A stretch of DNA of 63,755 bases, counting the filler, from Octopus bimaculoides (lineage: Eukaryota), in the NCBI RefSeq assembly GCF_001194135.2. It is 8 parts of 6 records of this genome, joined end to end, with 100 filler letters (N's around TTAATTAATTAA, not from the genome) between each part and the next. Parts side by side here need not be neighbours in the genome. Positions count along the whole stretch, not along the records: positions 61,354 to 63,755 come from NC_068989.1; 7 more parts are not named here. One strand, given 5' to 3'. Position numbers and translations under genes: made by a program. The notes beneath the pieces are model-generated. The model worked only from the letters and a program-made list of their open reading frames with translations. It did no database searches and had not been told where the DNA came from. The stretch's first letter is position 1. The number at the start of each line of letters is the position of its first letter. Positions 63,421 to 63,755 of the stretch are shown here, one piece after another.

Positions 63421-63755
63421 CCTAATTGCATAATATTTTTATTTTGTGCTGTTAAATGTTTTAATTTTTTTCTGCTTTCCTCGCATACTGTTTTTTTTTT
63501 GTTATCTTGGTGCGGTACGGTGGATTAATTTAAGACTTTAGCTCTTATTTCTAGCAGCTAGATGCTTGTTAAGCATCATTACGCTTCGTGCAAATTAATA
63601 AGTCATAGCTATTTAAAGTTATTGTGCCTGTGATCCACTTATGTCACTGCTGGTGATATCATCAATTTTAAAATTTATCCACAGATGATATGAACAGTAG
63701 TGACATCTGATTTCAAATCTCAGTGTTTGAATGATTTGCTTATATATATATATAT

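Noticed and set aside
803-63431. Most ORF-track entries (poly-[21 protein letters not shown] runs)
   Set aside because: They are read-through of N gaps and di-/tri-nucleotide microsatellites, with no protein motifs or splice support.

Overview
AT-rich, microsatellite- and retroposon-dense eukaryotic (metazoan) DNA. The repeat families look like those of Octopus, which is an inference from SINE/LINE content and not a database result. There are many N gaps, and seven fixed 100-bp scaffold joins (44 N + TTAATTAATTAA + 44 N). The only host gene I can support is a Src-family tyrosine kinase (Src64B/SrcA-like) on the minus strand, seen as six spliced coding exons with consistent splice phases: 11958-12069, 10662-10760, 7037-7180, 2901-3065, 1823-2082 and 249-402. 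They encode SH3, the C-half of SH2, the linker, and the kinase N-lobe through the activation loop. The SH2 N-half exon is not visible and probably lies in the 8965-9780 gap. The N-terminal exon was not found, and the C-terminal kinase exons lie beyond the left edge. The rest is decayed mobile DNA: R4/Dong-like RLE LINE pieces in (TAA)n, RTE and RTE-X LINEs, an L1/Tx1-like cluster of three ORF1 pieces, Penelope GIY-YIG remnants, hAT and mariner transposase pseudogenes, MITEs, Helentron-like elements and several tRNA-derived SINE families. The most notable signal, invisible in the ORF track, is about a dozen minimal type-I hammerhead-ribozyme (HHR) motifs of several unrelated families. They mostly sit in inverted-repeat or palindromic structures, and two sit directly at inverted junctions of Penelope ORFs. 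They include a perfect 126-bp palindrome in the Src intron carrying back-to-back HHRs with a compensated U3-A8 core, and a family whose copies lack the conserved A6.
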